From the IMG/VR virus record IMGVR_UViG_3300048579_000310, positions 1 to 32,893 of that record: DNA of 32,893 bases. One strand, given 5' to 3'. The translations under genes were made by a program, and so were the position numbers. Origin of the DNA: a virus. Taxonomy: Duplodnaviria > Caudoviricetes. Under the pieces are notes generated by a model, which was not told the DNA's origin, did not search any database, and saw only the letters and a list, made by a program, of their open reading frames with translations. Each line of letters begins with the position of its first letter. The stretch's first letter is position 1. Shown here one piece after another: positions 15,789-25,000 of this stretch.

Positions 15789-16862
15789 ATGAGCAGCATC
15801 TACCTTGACGAAAGCGGGTTTACGGGCACTGATCTGCTCAGCATCGAGCAGCCGTTCTTTGTCGTTTCCAGCTTGGTACTCGATGACACCACAATCGCCG
15901 CATGGTTTCCCGTGCTCACTCAGGCCACGCAAGCGGCGGAGCCGAAGTTCTCGCAGATGATCAAGTCGCCATGCGGTCGGGCGGGGATCACAGCCTTCTG
16001 CCAGCTTCTCGAGCAGAACCAAGGGAAGATGCGGTTTCAACTGGTTCACAAGCGATACGCCCTGCTCGGGAAGCTCTTGGATTGCGTGGTGGAGCCCATG
16101 TACTACGCGCACGGACAGGACTTTTACTTCGAAGGCCACAACGTTGCATTTCTAAATGCGCTGCACTACGCCTCCGAGCCCCATCCCGAATTGAAGAGCG
16201 CCGTGCTGAGCGCTCTCTTGTCGTTGTGTCGAGAGCCTTCGGTTGAGACTCTGGGACAGCTTGGTGCAAGCGCCTCCGCGTTGTCCGCGGCTTCACCGGA
16301 GCTGAAGGCGCTCTGTGTGCCGATAAAGGACGCCGTTCGTTGGCGTCGTACCGCGGGCGTCGAGGACCTGAATCGAAAGCTCCTGACGCTCCAAGTGACT
16401 GCGGTGGTGTCGCTGGTCCGAGGGTGGAACCAAGAATTGACAGGTTCGCTCATCGTGATCGCTGACCAATCGAAGGAGCTCAACGAGTCCTTAGAGACAC
16501 TGATGGCCTTCGCCAATTCGGATCTTCCAGAGGTGAAAGAGATTGCTGCCGGGCGGGAGATCGGGTTGCCTCTACGCATTCAGGAAGCGAGGCTTGCCGA
16601 TTCGCGCACGACGCGGGGCGTGCAACTTGCCGACGTGGCTGCCGGACTGGTCGCACATGTAGCGGTGGCAATGACCGACCCCGCTCGACGGATCGACGGC
16701 TTCACCGACCAGGTGGTGCAACTGGTCAAGGAGTGGCCCCGGGTGTTCCAGATCGTGCCCGAGTCCAAGTTCACGCCGGAAGCCCTTGGGCGAGTGGGGT
16801 TTGATGGCTCGCGGATTGTGGATGCCAGCACCGAAGCCCTGCGGCGTCCGCGAGCACCATAG
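15789..16862 (+). CDS. DUF3800-family protein (predicted RNase H-like fold)
   Basis: N-terminal IYLDESGFTG, central IADQ and C-terminal GVQLADVAAG are the DUF3800 signature motifs. Confidence 0.8.
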   Translation: MSSIYLDESGFTGTDLLSIEQPFFVVSSLVLDDTTIAAWFPVLTQATQAAEPKFSQMIKSPCGRAGITAFCQLLEQNQGKMRFQLVHKRYALLGKLLDCVVEPMYYAHGQDFYFEGHNVAFLNALHYASEPHPELKSAVLSALLSLCREPSVETLGQLGASASALSAASPELKALCVPIKDAVRWRRTAGVEDLNRKLLTLQVTAVVSLVRGWNQELTGSLIVIADQSKELNESLETLMAFANSDLPEVKEIAAGREIGLPLRIQEARLADSRTTRGVQLADVAAGLVAHVAVAMTDPARRIDGFTDQVVQLVKEWPRVFQIVPESKFTPEALGRVGFDGSRIVDASTEALRRPRAP

Positions 16863-16967
16863 GTGCTCGCGGAAAATGCCTCCTCCGGGCCCCCGAGATG
16901 GCGTATCCTGTCAGAACCGCCAAGCTGGCAATCTGGGCTGCGGCGATTCTGAAAGGACCTTGTTCGG

Positions 16968-18188
16968 GTGACTGCCGCGACGGACACATCTCGACCTTCA
17001 CCTGCGGGCCACCGAGAGCGGCTTCGTCAGCGGTTCGCCGCGTCCGCCGCGTTGCTTAGTGACGAACAGAAACTGGAGCTCCTGCTCACCTTTGGCATCC
17101 CGCGTCGCGATGTCGCTCCGATCGCGAGCGAGCTCATGCGGCGGTTTGGCACCATTGCCCGCGTCCTCGCCGCTCGCGAACAGGAATTGCTCGAAGTCGA
17201 TGGGATCGGAGACCATGCCGCCACACTGCTCCGACTTGTCGGAGTGCTTCAGGAGCACAAGGAACCGCCGCCGGCCGAGAAGCCGCGTCCGATCACGCTT
17301 CCAGCTGAGTTGTTCGTCGACATTGCGTCGAAGACAACCCCAATTCCCACGCCCGCGCGTTCCGCCAGAGAGATTCTTGAACCTGCGAAGCCCGTCGCAG
17401 CCGTCGCACCCGAGCCCAGACTTCTGGTGCGCCGCGCTCGGACGGGACTCTTCAGCGCGTGTGTGTTTCGGGACGCGCTCAAGCTCATCCACAAGATCCC
17501 TCTCGGTAGCACGATCGACCAGGCCCGAGAGTTCCTGCAGAATCAAGGCTTGCACTACAGCGGCGCGACGACGCGGCATCGTTACGCGAGTTACATCATC
17601 AACCGCGTGTTTCCGTTGGGGGTGGTCGATCAGGCGTTGTGCCGCTTCGTTCGTGCATTCCAAGGCTCCCAGTCCCATAGGGACGTTTTGGCCTACAGGC
17701 ACATGTGCGCTGAGCCGTTAACGCGGGAGGTCGTACTCGATCTCATCCTGCCAGCGTTGGGACGGCAGGTTGTGCCTCGCACCCACCTGCGCAAGTACCT
17801 TTCACGCAAGTTCCCAAGTGCCAAACCGAACAGCATCAACAGCTGCGGCAAAGCAATCGTTGAGATTCTCGGTGAGTCGCAGTTGGTCGGAGCAACTCGT
17901 ACGGAGCTTTCCGTTCACTCACGGCAAGTCGATGTGAACGCCTTCTGCTTCCTGGTCCACAGCGAATTCCCCGAGGTCGGGATGCACCGCCTCGACGACC
18001 TCGAAGGCTCCGCGGCATTCAAGGCGATGCTCTGGACTAAAGAAGACATGAAGACGTGCCTCTATGAACTCCGCAACCGGGGGCTGATCACCAAGGTGTC
18101 AGAAGTGGACTCGCTCCGTCAATTCACGACACGGTACACGCTGGCTGAGGTCGTCGAACGCATTGAAGCCGGCGGAGGTACCCGATGA
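16968..18188 (+). CDS. RadC N-terminal (HhH) domain fused to a putative BrxA-like DNA-binding domain
   Basis: GHRERLRQRF...LELLLTFGIPRRDVAPIASELMRRFG...ELLEVDGIG is the RadC N-terminus. A Pro-rich linker follows and there is no JAB HxHPSG motif. BrxA-like call rests on first position in the BREX operon and helical character. Confidence 0.7.
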   Translation: MTAATDTSRPSPAGHRERLRQRFAASAALLSDEQKLELLLTFGIPRRDVAPIASELMRRFGTIARVLAAREQELLEVDGIGDHAATLLRLVGVLQEHKEPPPAEKPRPITLPAELFVDIASKTTPIPTPARSAREILEPAKPVAAVAPEPRLLVRRARTGLFSACVFRDALKLIHKIPLGSTIDQAREFLQNQGLHYSGATTRHRYASYIINRVFPLGVVDQALCRFVRAFQGSQSHRDVLAYRHMCAEPLTREVVLDLILPALGRQVVPRTHLRKYLSRKFPSAKPNSINSCGKAIVEILGESQLVGATRTELSVHSRQVDVNAFCFLVHSEFPEVGMHRLDDLEGSAAFKAMLWTKEDMKTCLYELRNRGLITKVSEVDSLRQFTTRYTLAEVVERIEAGGGTR

Positions 18189-18706
18189 AGACTGCTGACA
18201 TCATCGACACGCTCCGCTCCAAGCTCACGGTGCCCACTGGCCGTCACCTCTATGGCATCATGGGCACCTACACGCAGCTGAAGGATTTCTCCAAGCAACT
18301 GTCGCAGGCGCGAACGACGGACGGCTCAAAGTTCCCAGCGCCGATCAACGTCAACAAGGGCATCCTTGACACGATTCCCGATGCCGAGTTCAAGGAGCTC
18401 GTGCAGAACGAGGCCAAACGCCCCGAACCGACTCGGGCGCACGTCCGCATCGCTTTCGAGGCCTTCCTGCGAGACCATCTCCAGAAGAAGGACCTGATCG
18501 TCCTGGCGAACCTGGAGATGATCTTCGCCTACCACCTTGAGCTCAACTTGCTGAGAACGATGGCCGCGGATGACGATCGCGTCGTGCTGCTCCTTCCGGG
18601 CAAGCGAGACGGTGGGAAAGTGGTGATGTTCCCCGATTGGCCCGACGGCAGTTACCAGCTCCCTACCAATTTGATTGCCGACAACCACCTGTGGGAGCTG
18701 CGCTAA
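18185..18706 (+). CDS. BrxB/BrxF-like small degenerate P-loop protein
   Basis: 173 aa; LIVLANLEMIF...RVVLLLPG resembles BrxF/BrxB C-terminal motifs. No intact Walker A. Second gene of the operon. Confidence 0.6.
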   Translation: MKTADIIDTLRSKLTVPTGRHLYGIMGTYTQLKDFSKQLSQARTTDGSKFPAPINVNKGILDTIPDAEFKELVQNEAKRPEPTRAHVRIAFEAFLRDHLQKKDLIVLANLEMIFAYHLELNLLRTMAADDDRVVLLLPGKRDGGKVVMFPDWPDGSYQLPTNLIADNHLWELR

Positions 18707-21240
18707 TGGGCAAGTCCACATCAAGAGAGAAGACGCTGTTCTCTGGCCAACCCAAGGCGGGAGCCGCTGTCTCGTACGCCGGGGACAAGCCCAACCCGGA
18801 GTTGCGTGCATTCGTCGAGCGACACATGGCCGAACGGCCCTACGACCCATCAATGGACGATTACGAAGTGCCAGCCTTCGACAAGACCATTGAAGCGACG
18901 AAGGCAACTGCGATCTACAACATGCACACGTATTGGTCCAAGAAGCCGCATGACGCGATTCGCCAGTACATTCGCCACTACACGAAGTCGGGAGATCTGG
19001 TGCTGGACCCCTTCTGCGGTTCGGGCGGAACGGCGTTGGCTGCGCTCATGGAAGGTCGGAAGGTGATTGCCATCGACCGTTCGCCTGCCGCCACATTCAT
19101 CACCAAGAACTACTGCACTCCCGTGGACCCGGACGAACTCCGCGAGGCGTTCGAGCAGGTAAAGTCGAAGGTACAAGACGAGATCGACTGGCTGTACGAG
19201 ACCCGGTGCGACAACTGCGGCGGGAAGGCGACGACGGCTTACACCGTTTACTCGCAGGTATTTCAATGCCCACGATGCCTCGAAAAAGTGACGCTGTTCG
19301 ACTGCGTGGAAGTGGATGGCGAAACTGCAGCAGGCAAACCAAAGAAGCTAAACGTCTGCCCGTACTGCCACACGAATGGGCACGAGGAGGTCATCCGCAG
19401 CCAGAGCAAGAAGTACGGTTCAGTTCCGGTGATGGTGGTCTACAACTGCTTAAGTGGATGTCGCCCGAGCAAAAGGCAGCGGCACCACCTGGACGAGGAT
19501 GCGGCCAAGCGCCGAAACTTCAGACTTAACGAAACTGAGAAGCTCAAAGTGCTTCAATCGGAGCCAATACCTCACTGGTATCCGCGTGGCTTCGATATGA
19601 CCACGTTCGACCGGTATCAGCGGGATGCCTTGTTCTACTACGAAGTCAAAGAGGTGGCAGACCTCTTCACGCGCCGCAATCTTCGTGCACTTGCTGCTCT
19701 GCGCAGTGCCATCGCCGACTTTCCTCGGCCCGATCTCCGTGATGCAATGATGTTCTCATTCAATGCCTGCATACTTGCGGTATCGAGAATGGTACGTGCC
19801 AGCAACACTGCCACCATGCCTGGCACATACTACATGCCACAGGTATCAAAAGAAGTTCGTGTACTCGATTCGTTCGAAAGCAAATTGAATGTGGCGATTA
19901 AGGGCTTTGGGTCGATTAGCACGACACTCAGTCAGCGGGACGGATTGATCTCGACCCAGTCCGCGACGGACCTGGAGGCTATCCATAGCAACTCGGTGGA
20001 TTACGTCTTTACTGATCCTCCGTACTCCGGAACGATTCAGTATGGAGAATTGAACTACGTTTGGGAGGCGTGGCTCAACGCGGACGTCGGTTGGTTAGCA
20101 GACGAGATGACGGTGAGTCACGTTCGCGACAAGGCGGAGAGTGATTGGGCAGCTGCGATGTCGCGGTTTGCGCGTGAGTGCTTTCGGGTACTCAAGCCCG
20201 GCCGGTGGGTGAGCCTCTGCTATCACGACACTGCAGAGGGAACATGGGGGTTGCTGCAAGACATCATGACCGAAGCCGGCTTCGTCCCGGATGCTGGCGC
20301 ATCAGCGTTGTTTATTGACGCTGTGCAAAAAACTTTCAATCAGCGGACTGCCGATAAGGTCACGAAAAGAGATCTCGTTGTCAACTTCCGCAAGCCGCGA
20401 CCAGGCGAGGCGGGCGGGTTGCGGGTCGTGATCCCCGAGGGTGCCGACGCGAAGACGTTTGCCGATCTCGCCCGCCAGATCATCCGCGATTACTTACAGG
20501 CCAACCCTGCGAGCACCAAGGACCGCGTGTTTGACGAGCTCGTCAGCCGCATGGTTCGTGCCGGCCAGATGCAGGCCCACAACTTCGAGGAACTACTCCG
20601 CGAGGTGGCTGACGAGACCAAGGACGCGGGCGGCGCGAGCCGCTGGTACCTGAAGGAGTCGGAGGAAGGCCAGATCGACGCGGCCGAAGCGGCCAAGGAA
20701 GACTCGGCCTCCAAGGCGATGGAGAAGTTCATCACCAAGACGCTGGAGAAGAACTACGCCGAGGGCGTGCACTACAGCGACCTGTTCGAGCACTACCTGT
20801 ACGCCGTGAAGGACAAGCCGCGGCGGTCGCTCGCCGACTGGCTGCCGGACTACTTCTTCAAGACCGAAGATGGGACCTGGCGTCTCCCGGTGGACGACGA
20901 TGAACGGGATCTCAAGGCGACGGCGCGTGCCTCGGGTGAGAACCGGCGGATCAAGCGGTACGCTGCGATGCTGCAGGCGGGCGTGGCGGTGCCCAAGGAG
21001 CGGGTACCGAGCGCGGCGACGCTGGCGGAGTGGATTCGGCACGCCAAGCGGTCGGGCCTGTACGAGGCGGGCAAGCTGCTTTACGAGCGTGGCGGTCTGG
21101 ACGCCTCGAAGCTGAGTGAAGAGCAGCAGGTCGAGGTGGAAGAGGACTACCAGGTCTGCGTGCGGGCGCTCCAACGCGCCGCGGGCGGAGAAGTCGCCAC
21201 CACGGGCAAGAAGAAGGGTCGCAAGAAGAAGCCCGACTGA
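18706..21240 (+). CDS. DNA amino-methyltransferase 1 (N6_N4_Mtase, PglXI-like)
   Basis: ATG 18706 (TAATG overlap); ~844 aa. HTYWSKKP, motif I VLDPFCGSG, CxxC pairs (CDNC, CPRC, CPYC), motif [17 protein letters not shown]. Confidence 0.92.
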   Translation: MGKSTSREKTLFSGQPKAGAAVSYAGDKPNPELRAFVERHMAERPYDPSMDDYEVPAFDKTIEATKATAIYNMHTYWSKKPHDAIRQYIRHYTKSGDLVLDPFCGSGGTALAALMEGRKVIAIDRSPAATFITKNYCTPVDPDELREAFEQVKSKVQDEIDWLYETRCDNCGGKATTAYTVYSQVFQCPRCLEKVTLFDCVEVDGETAAGKPKKLNVCPYCHTNGHEEVIRSQSKKYGSVPVMVVYNCLSGCRPSKRQRHHLDEDAAKRRNFRLNETEKLKVLQSEPIPHWYPRGFDMTTFDRYQRDALFYYEVKEVADLFTRRNLRALAALRSAIADFPRPDLRDAMMFSFNACILAVSRMVRASNTATMPGTYYMPQVSKEVRVLDSFESKLNVAIKGFGSISTTLSQRDGLISTQSATDLEAIHSNSVDYVFTDPPYSGTIQYGELNYVWEAWLNADVGWLADEMTVSHVRDKAESDWAAAMSRFARECFRVLKPGRWVSLCYHDTAEGTWGLLQDIMTEAGFVPDAGASALFIDAVQKTFNQRTADKVTKRDLVVNFRKPRPGEAGGLRVVIPEGADAKTFADLARQIIRDYLQANPASTKDRVFDELVSRMVRAGQMQAHNFEELLREVADETKDAGGASRWYLKESEEGQIDAAEAAKEDSASKAMEKFITKTLEKNYAEGVHYSDLFEHYLYAVKDKPRRSLADWLPDYFFKTEDGTWRLPVDDDERDLKATARASGENRRIKRYAAMLQAGVAVPKERVPSAATLAEWIRHAKRSGLYEAGKLLYERGGLDASKLSEEQQVEVEEDYQVCVRALQRAAGGEVATTGKKKGRKKKPD
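20497..21190 (+). repeat. Direct repeat copy 1 (~0.7 kb, 3' end of methyltransferase 1)
   Basis: Near-identical to 31075-31768 (offset 10578). By eye, 1-7 mismatches per 60 nt in five sampled lines, mostly synonymous. Confidence 0.92.
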
Positions 21241-21241
21241 T

Positions 21242-22051
21242 ATGAGCAAGTATCTGCCCATCACGGAGCACCTCCGGTCTCTGCCGCTCTCACAGAGCTC
21301 GGTATCGCTCGCCTTCGCCTCGCTGGAGAAGGTGCTCGGGGCTGATCTGCCGAGCACGGCCCGGGTCGACAGGCCGTGGTGGGCGAACACCCTCCAGAGC
21401 AACCACGCCAAGGCATGGCTGTCGGTGGGATGGAAGGTTCATCAGGTTGATTTGAAGGGGCAAACGGTCACGTTCACCCGCGAATCGGCGGCTGTGCCGA
21501 AGGTATCGCGAGGATCAGATGTCTACCGGAGGGTGACAGAGTTCTTCGAACAGCTTCCCGGCGAGCAGACTCAGGTGGCACTCCTGTTCCAGGAGATCGA
21601 GGCCGTCATGGGCCGGCCTTTGCCGAAGACCGCGTTCCGCGATCGAACGTGGTGGGCCAACGCGAAAGAGTACTCGCCGAGCCGGGATTGGCTCGCCGCC
21701 GGCTGGAAGCTTGAGTCCGTGTTCCTGCCCGTTTCGATCGCCGTGTTCAGGCGCAGGCAAGCCGCGACGCTTGAGTCCGTGCGTGCCTGCGTGAAGAGGT
21801 TTCTGGGTGATGGCAAGGGAGGCTCTGTGCCAGACCCACGCCGAGCAGCTGAGTGGATCAGTCTGTGCCGGCGCGTTGGGTGGTACTTCGAGGGCACCGT
21901 GTTGTTTGAGCGCGGCGGCATCTCTTTCAGTTCGCTCGGCGATGAAGCGATCGTGAGCGTGGAAGAGGATTACGGGATCTGCCGACGAGAGTTGGATCGG
22001 TACAAGGCTCTGCCGCAGGCGCATGCTGCCTCGAGAACGGGAAGGTCATGA
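21242..22051 (+). CDS. Tandem DUF7662-like domain protein with a C-terminal module shared with the methyltransferases
   Basis: ATG 21242; 269 aa. Two repeats of Y...L.F..IE..LG..LP.TA...WWAN...WL..GWK, then the AEWI...ERGG...VEEDY..C module. Confidence 0.8.
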   Translation: MSKYLPITEHLRSLPLSQSSVSLAFASLEKVLGADLPSTARVDRPWWANTLQSNHAKAWLSVGWKVHQVDLKGQTVTFTRESAAVPKVSRGSDVYRRVTEFFEQLPGEQTQVALLFQEIEAVMGRPLPKTAFRDRTWWANAKEYSPSRDWLAAGWKLESVFLPVSIAVFRRRQAATLESVRACVKRFLGDGKGGSVPDPRRAAEWISLCRRVGWYFEGTVLFERGGISFSSLGDEAIVSVEEDYGICRRELDRYKALPQAHAASRTGRS

Positions 22052-25000
22052 TGGCAAAGAACGACGAACTGTTTATGGCACGCAAGAGCCTCGGCGAGAT
22101 CTGCACTACGCCAGAGAAGATCATCTCTGTGTACTCGCTGGAGAAGCACGTCTGGTCGGACTCCAACGACCTCAAGTCTCGGCGCGCCCGCAAGCCGGAG
22201 CTTCAGACGATCGACGAGTTTCAGATCGATCCGGTCCGTCCGTTCTTGAACGACATCCTGCGCAACATCTCCGCCCCGTATGACGCGGCCCGGAAAGAGA
22301 ACCCGGTTGGCCAGGGGTACTGGATCCAGGCGGAGTTCGGCAGCGGTAAGTCGCACTTGCTGTGCTGTCTGTCCGCGCTCGCCCTTGGCAGCAAAGACGC
22401 CTGGGAACTGGTTCGCAAAAAAGAGGAGAAGTCAGGGAAGGGCAAGCGTGAGAGCCTGTACCGCTTCTGGGAAGACGGCCTCGAAGCGAAGAACACCAAG
22501 GGCAAGAAGGGCGTGTTGGTCGTCGTCAAGACCCTGGTCGGCGTGGGCAGCGGCACGGTCGGCGTTGCCGGCGACAAAGGCCGCGCGCTTAGTGAGTACA
22601 TCCTGGATGCGATCAAGGAGCAGCTGCAGGCGGAGACCGGGAAGAACCTGTCGCTGTATCCGGTCGAGCGTCTGGCAGATCGGTTTGTCAACGACGATCT
22701 CGACCGCTATCGCAACGACCTCAAGAAGTTCCTGAAGAGCCCGCAGTTCTTCCATGAGGACGAGTTTGAAGAAGTTGACCAGTTCATCAAGGACATCCAG
22801 GCGAACAAGTCGCCGGAGTACAAGCGGAGCTGCGGTAACAAGCTTTGGCGGTTCTACACCGAGTTCCTGAAGGTCCAACCGCACATCCCCGCCGAACCCG
22901 AGGAGATCCTGAAGCACGCGGTCGAGACCGTGCTCGCGGAGGGGTATGCAGGCATTCTGCTCGTCCTCGACGAAGTGTCGCTGTTCATGAAGAACCGCGA
23001 CGAGAGCCAGCGCACAGACGACGAGAAGACATTGGTGGTGCTGGCCAACCGTCTGGCCAAGGTCATGAATCTCCCCGTCTGGCTCGTGTGCTCGGCGCAG
23101 CAGGCCATCGAAAGCAAGCTCGGCGTCAAGAACATCATCGCAGACGATCGGCTCAAGCTGGTCAAGCTCCTCGAGAACGATGCAGACTACTACCAGATCG
23201 TGCTCAGCCGAGTCCGGCAGATCACCGATCCGTCGGCGATCGCGCCGTATTTCATGCACTACAAGAAGGGCTTCTCGTGGCCGCAGAGCATCGGGCAGAG
23301 TGACTTCACCCACTTTTTCCCGTTCCACAAGCCGGCGCTTGAAGTGCTGCGCTCAATCACGCCGCTGCTGACAGAGGCTCGATCGGCCATCCACTTCATG
23401 CACCAGACGCTGAAGCGTCAGATCAAGCAGGAAGGCAAAGAGCTCATCCGGTTGTGGGAGCTCTTTGACGAGACGGTGCAGTATGAGGAGGACCCTAGCG
23501 GTACTCACGCGGGCTTGGTCGCCATCAAGACCAAGATGGACACCGACTACAAGGCCTATGAAGCGAGCCGGCGGCAGATCGACGCGATGATCAGAGGGCC
23601 CCTGAAGGTCCACAGAGACAAGGCGATCAAGGTCGTTCAGACCCTTTTCCTCTACCACATCGGCCGCACCAGGCTTCAGGGGCTCACGCCGGACGAGATC
23701 GCAAACTCGGTGCTCATCGAGAGGAATCCGGACTCGAACGTTGACGAGAACGTGCAGCACTACGAGACGATCGCAGAGTCGCTGAAGAAGGAACTGCGTC
23801 AGATCGCACAGAACTTCGACGAGGACAAGAAGCCTCGGTATCGCTTTGATCCAGTGTTCAGCGGGCTTGACCCACGGAGCGAGTTCAGCAAAGCCAAGAA
23901 CGAGGCCGAGTCGAACGAGCAGATGCGCAAAGAGGCCTGGGACCACCTGCTTGCGCTCGACGAGTGGCCGGTCAAGACCCGCCAGATGACGATGGACCTC
24001 TCCAATGGCATTCGGAGCATCTTCCGCGATGTCGCGCCGTCCGTCGGTTCGTGGAAGTCTGAGCCCCTGATGGGCGGCGGGGAGTTTGACCTCGAAGTCA
24101 CCTGGCTGGGCAGGCAGGTGACGGGCTTTGTGTCCATGCGCGATCTGGCCAAGACCGTGGCCGACAATCTTCGCCTCCCCCCGATCGAATCGGATCGCAC
24201 CGACCGCGACTTCGCGCTATTCGTGAGCTCCCGACCAGCGGAGGGCAAGCACATCGTCTCGCTGCTCGCACGGTACAAAGACCCACGCGCGATCTTCTGG
24301 ACTCCCGACACCCTGCGGACGGAGGAAACGGATCGTCTGATCGAGTTTGCGGCGTACCGGAAGCTCGTGAACGACTGGAGCGGTAAAGACACAGAGGATG
24401 CCGTCACCATCATCAACTGGGTGGCCAACGCACTGCGGACGGATCTGGGGCGGATCTACCAGATTGTTCCAGACAGCTATCGGCGCGGTCGGATGGACGC
24501 TCAGAACAACAGCGAGATGGAGTTTCAGGTGGCCGGGGAGCTCCCCGCCATCATTTCGCCACTCGTCGAGAAGGTGCTGTCCACGGCGTACGAGTCCCGC
24601 GAGATCCGCTTCGATGGGCCGTATGTCTTCAAGAAAGAAGAGGGCATCAAGGTCATCAACGGGATCGTCAAGCGCGGCGAGATCCCCAAGGGTGAAAAGC
24701 CAAACCAGAATGTCAGCGCCGCCCAGAACTTCGGGTTCGGCCTTCGCATCATGAAGAAGTCGGCTGAGCGCAAGCTGGACATCTCCGGCAATGCGTTCGT
24801 TGACGCCATTTGGTCATTCATCGAGGAGAAGCTGCCTGATGACGGCCAGCAGATGAAGGCCGACACGCTCTACAAGAACTTCATGGGGGTTGGCGGCCCC
24901 AAGGACTTCGGCCTGACGAGGCGGATGATCCAGATCTACCTGCTCTGCCTTGCCCGCGAGGGCAAGCTGAGGATCGGCCTGAGCCCCAAGTCGGGCCTCT

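Noticed and set aside
16904-16909. TATCCT as the -10 box of the BREX operon promoter
   Set aside because: Plausible position but no convincing -35 or extended -10; too weak to list as a feature.
16968-17260. Calling the gene radC
   Set aside because: Only the N-terminal HhH region is present; the defining JAB domain is absent.
18637-18705. Longer track starts (18637, 21116, 12866, 14389, 14889, 4296)
   Set aside because: They overlap upstream genes extensively; downstream starts with an RBS and/or stop-start coupling fit better.
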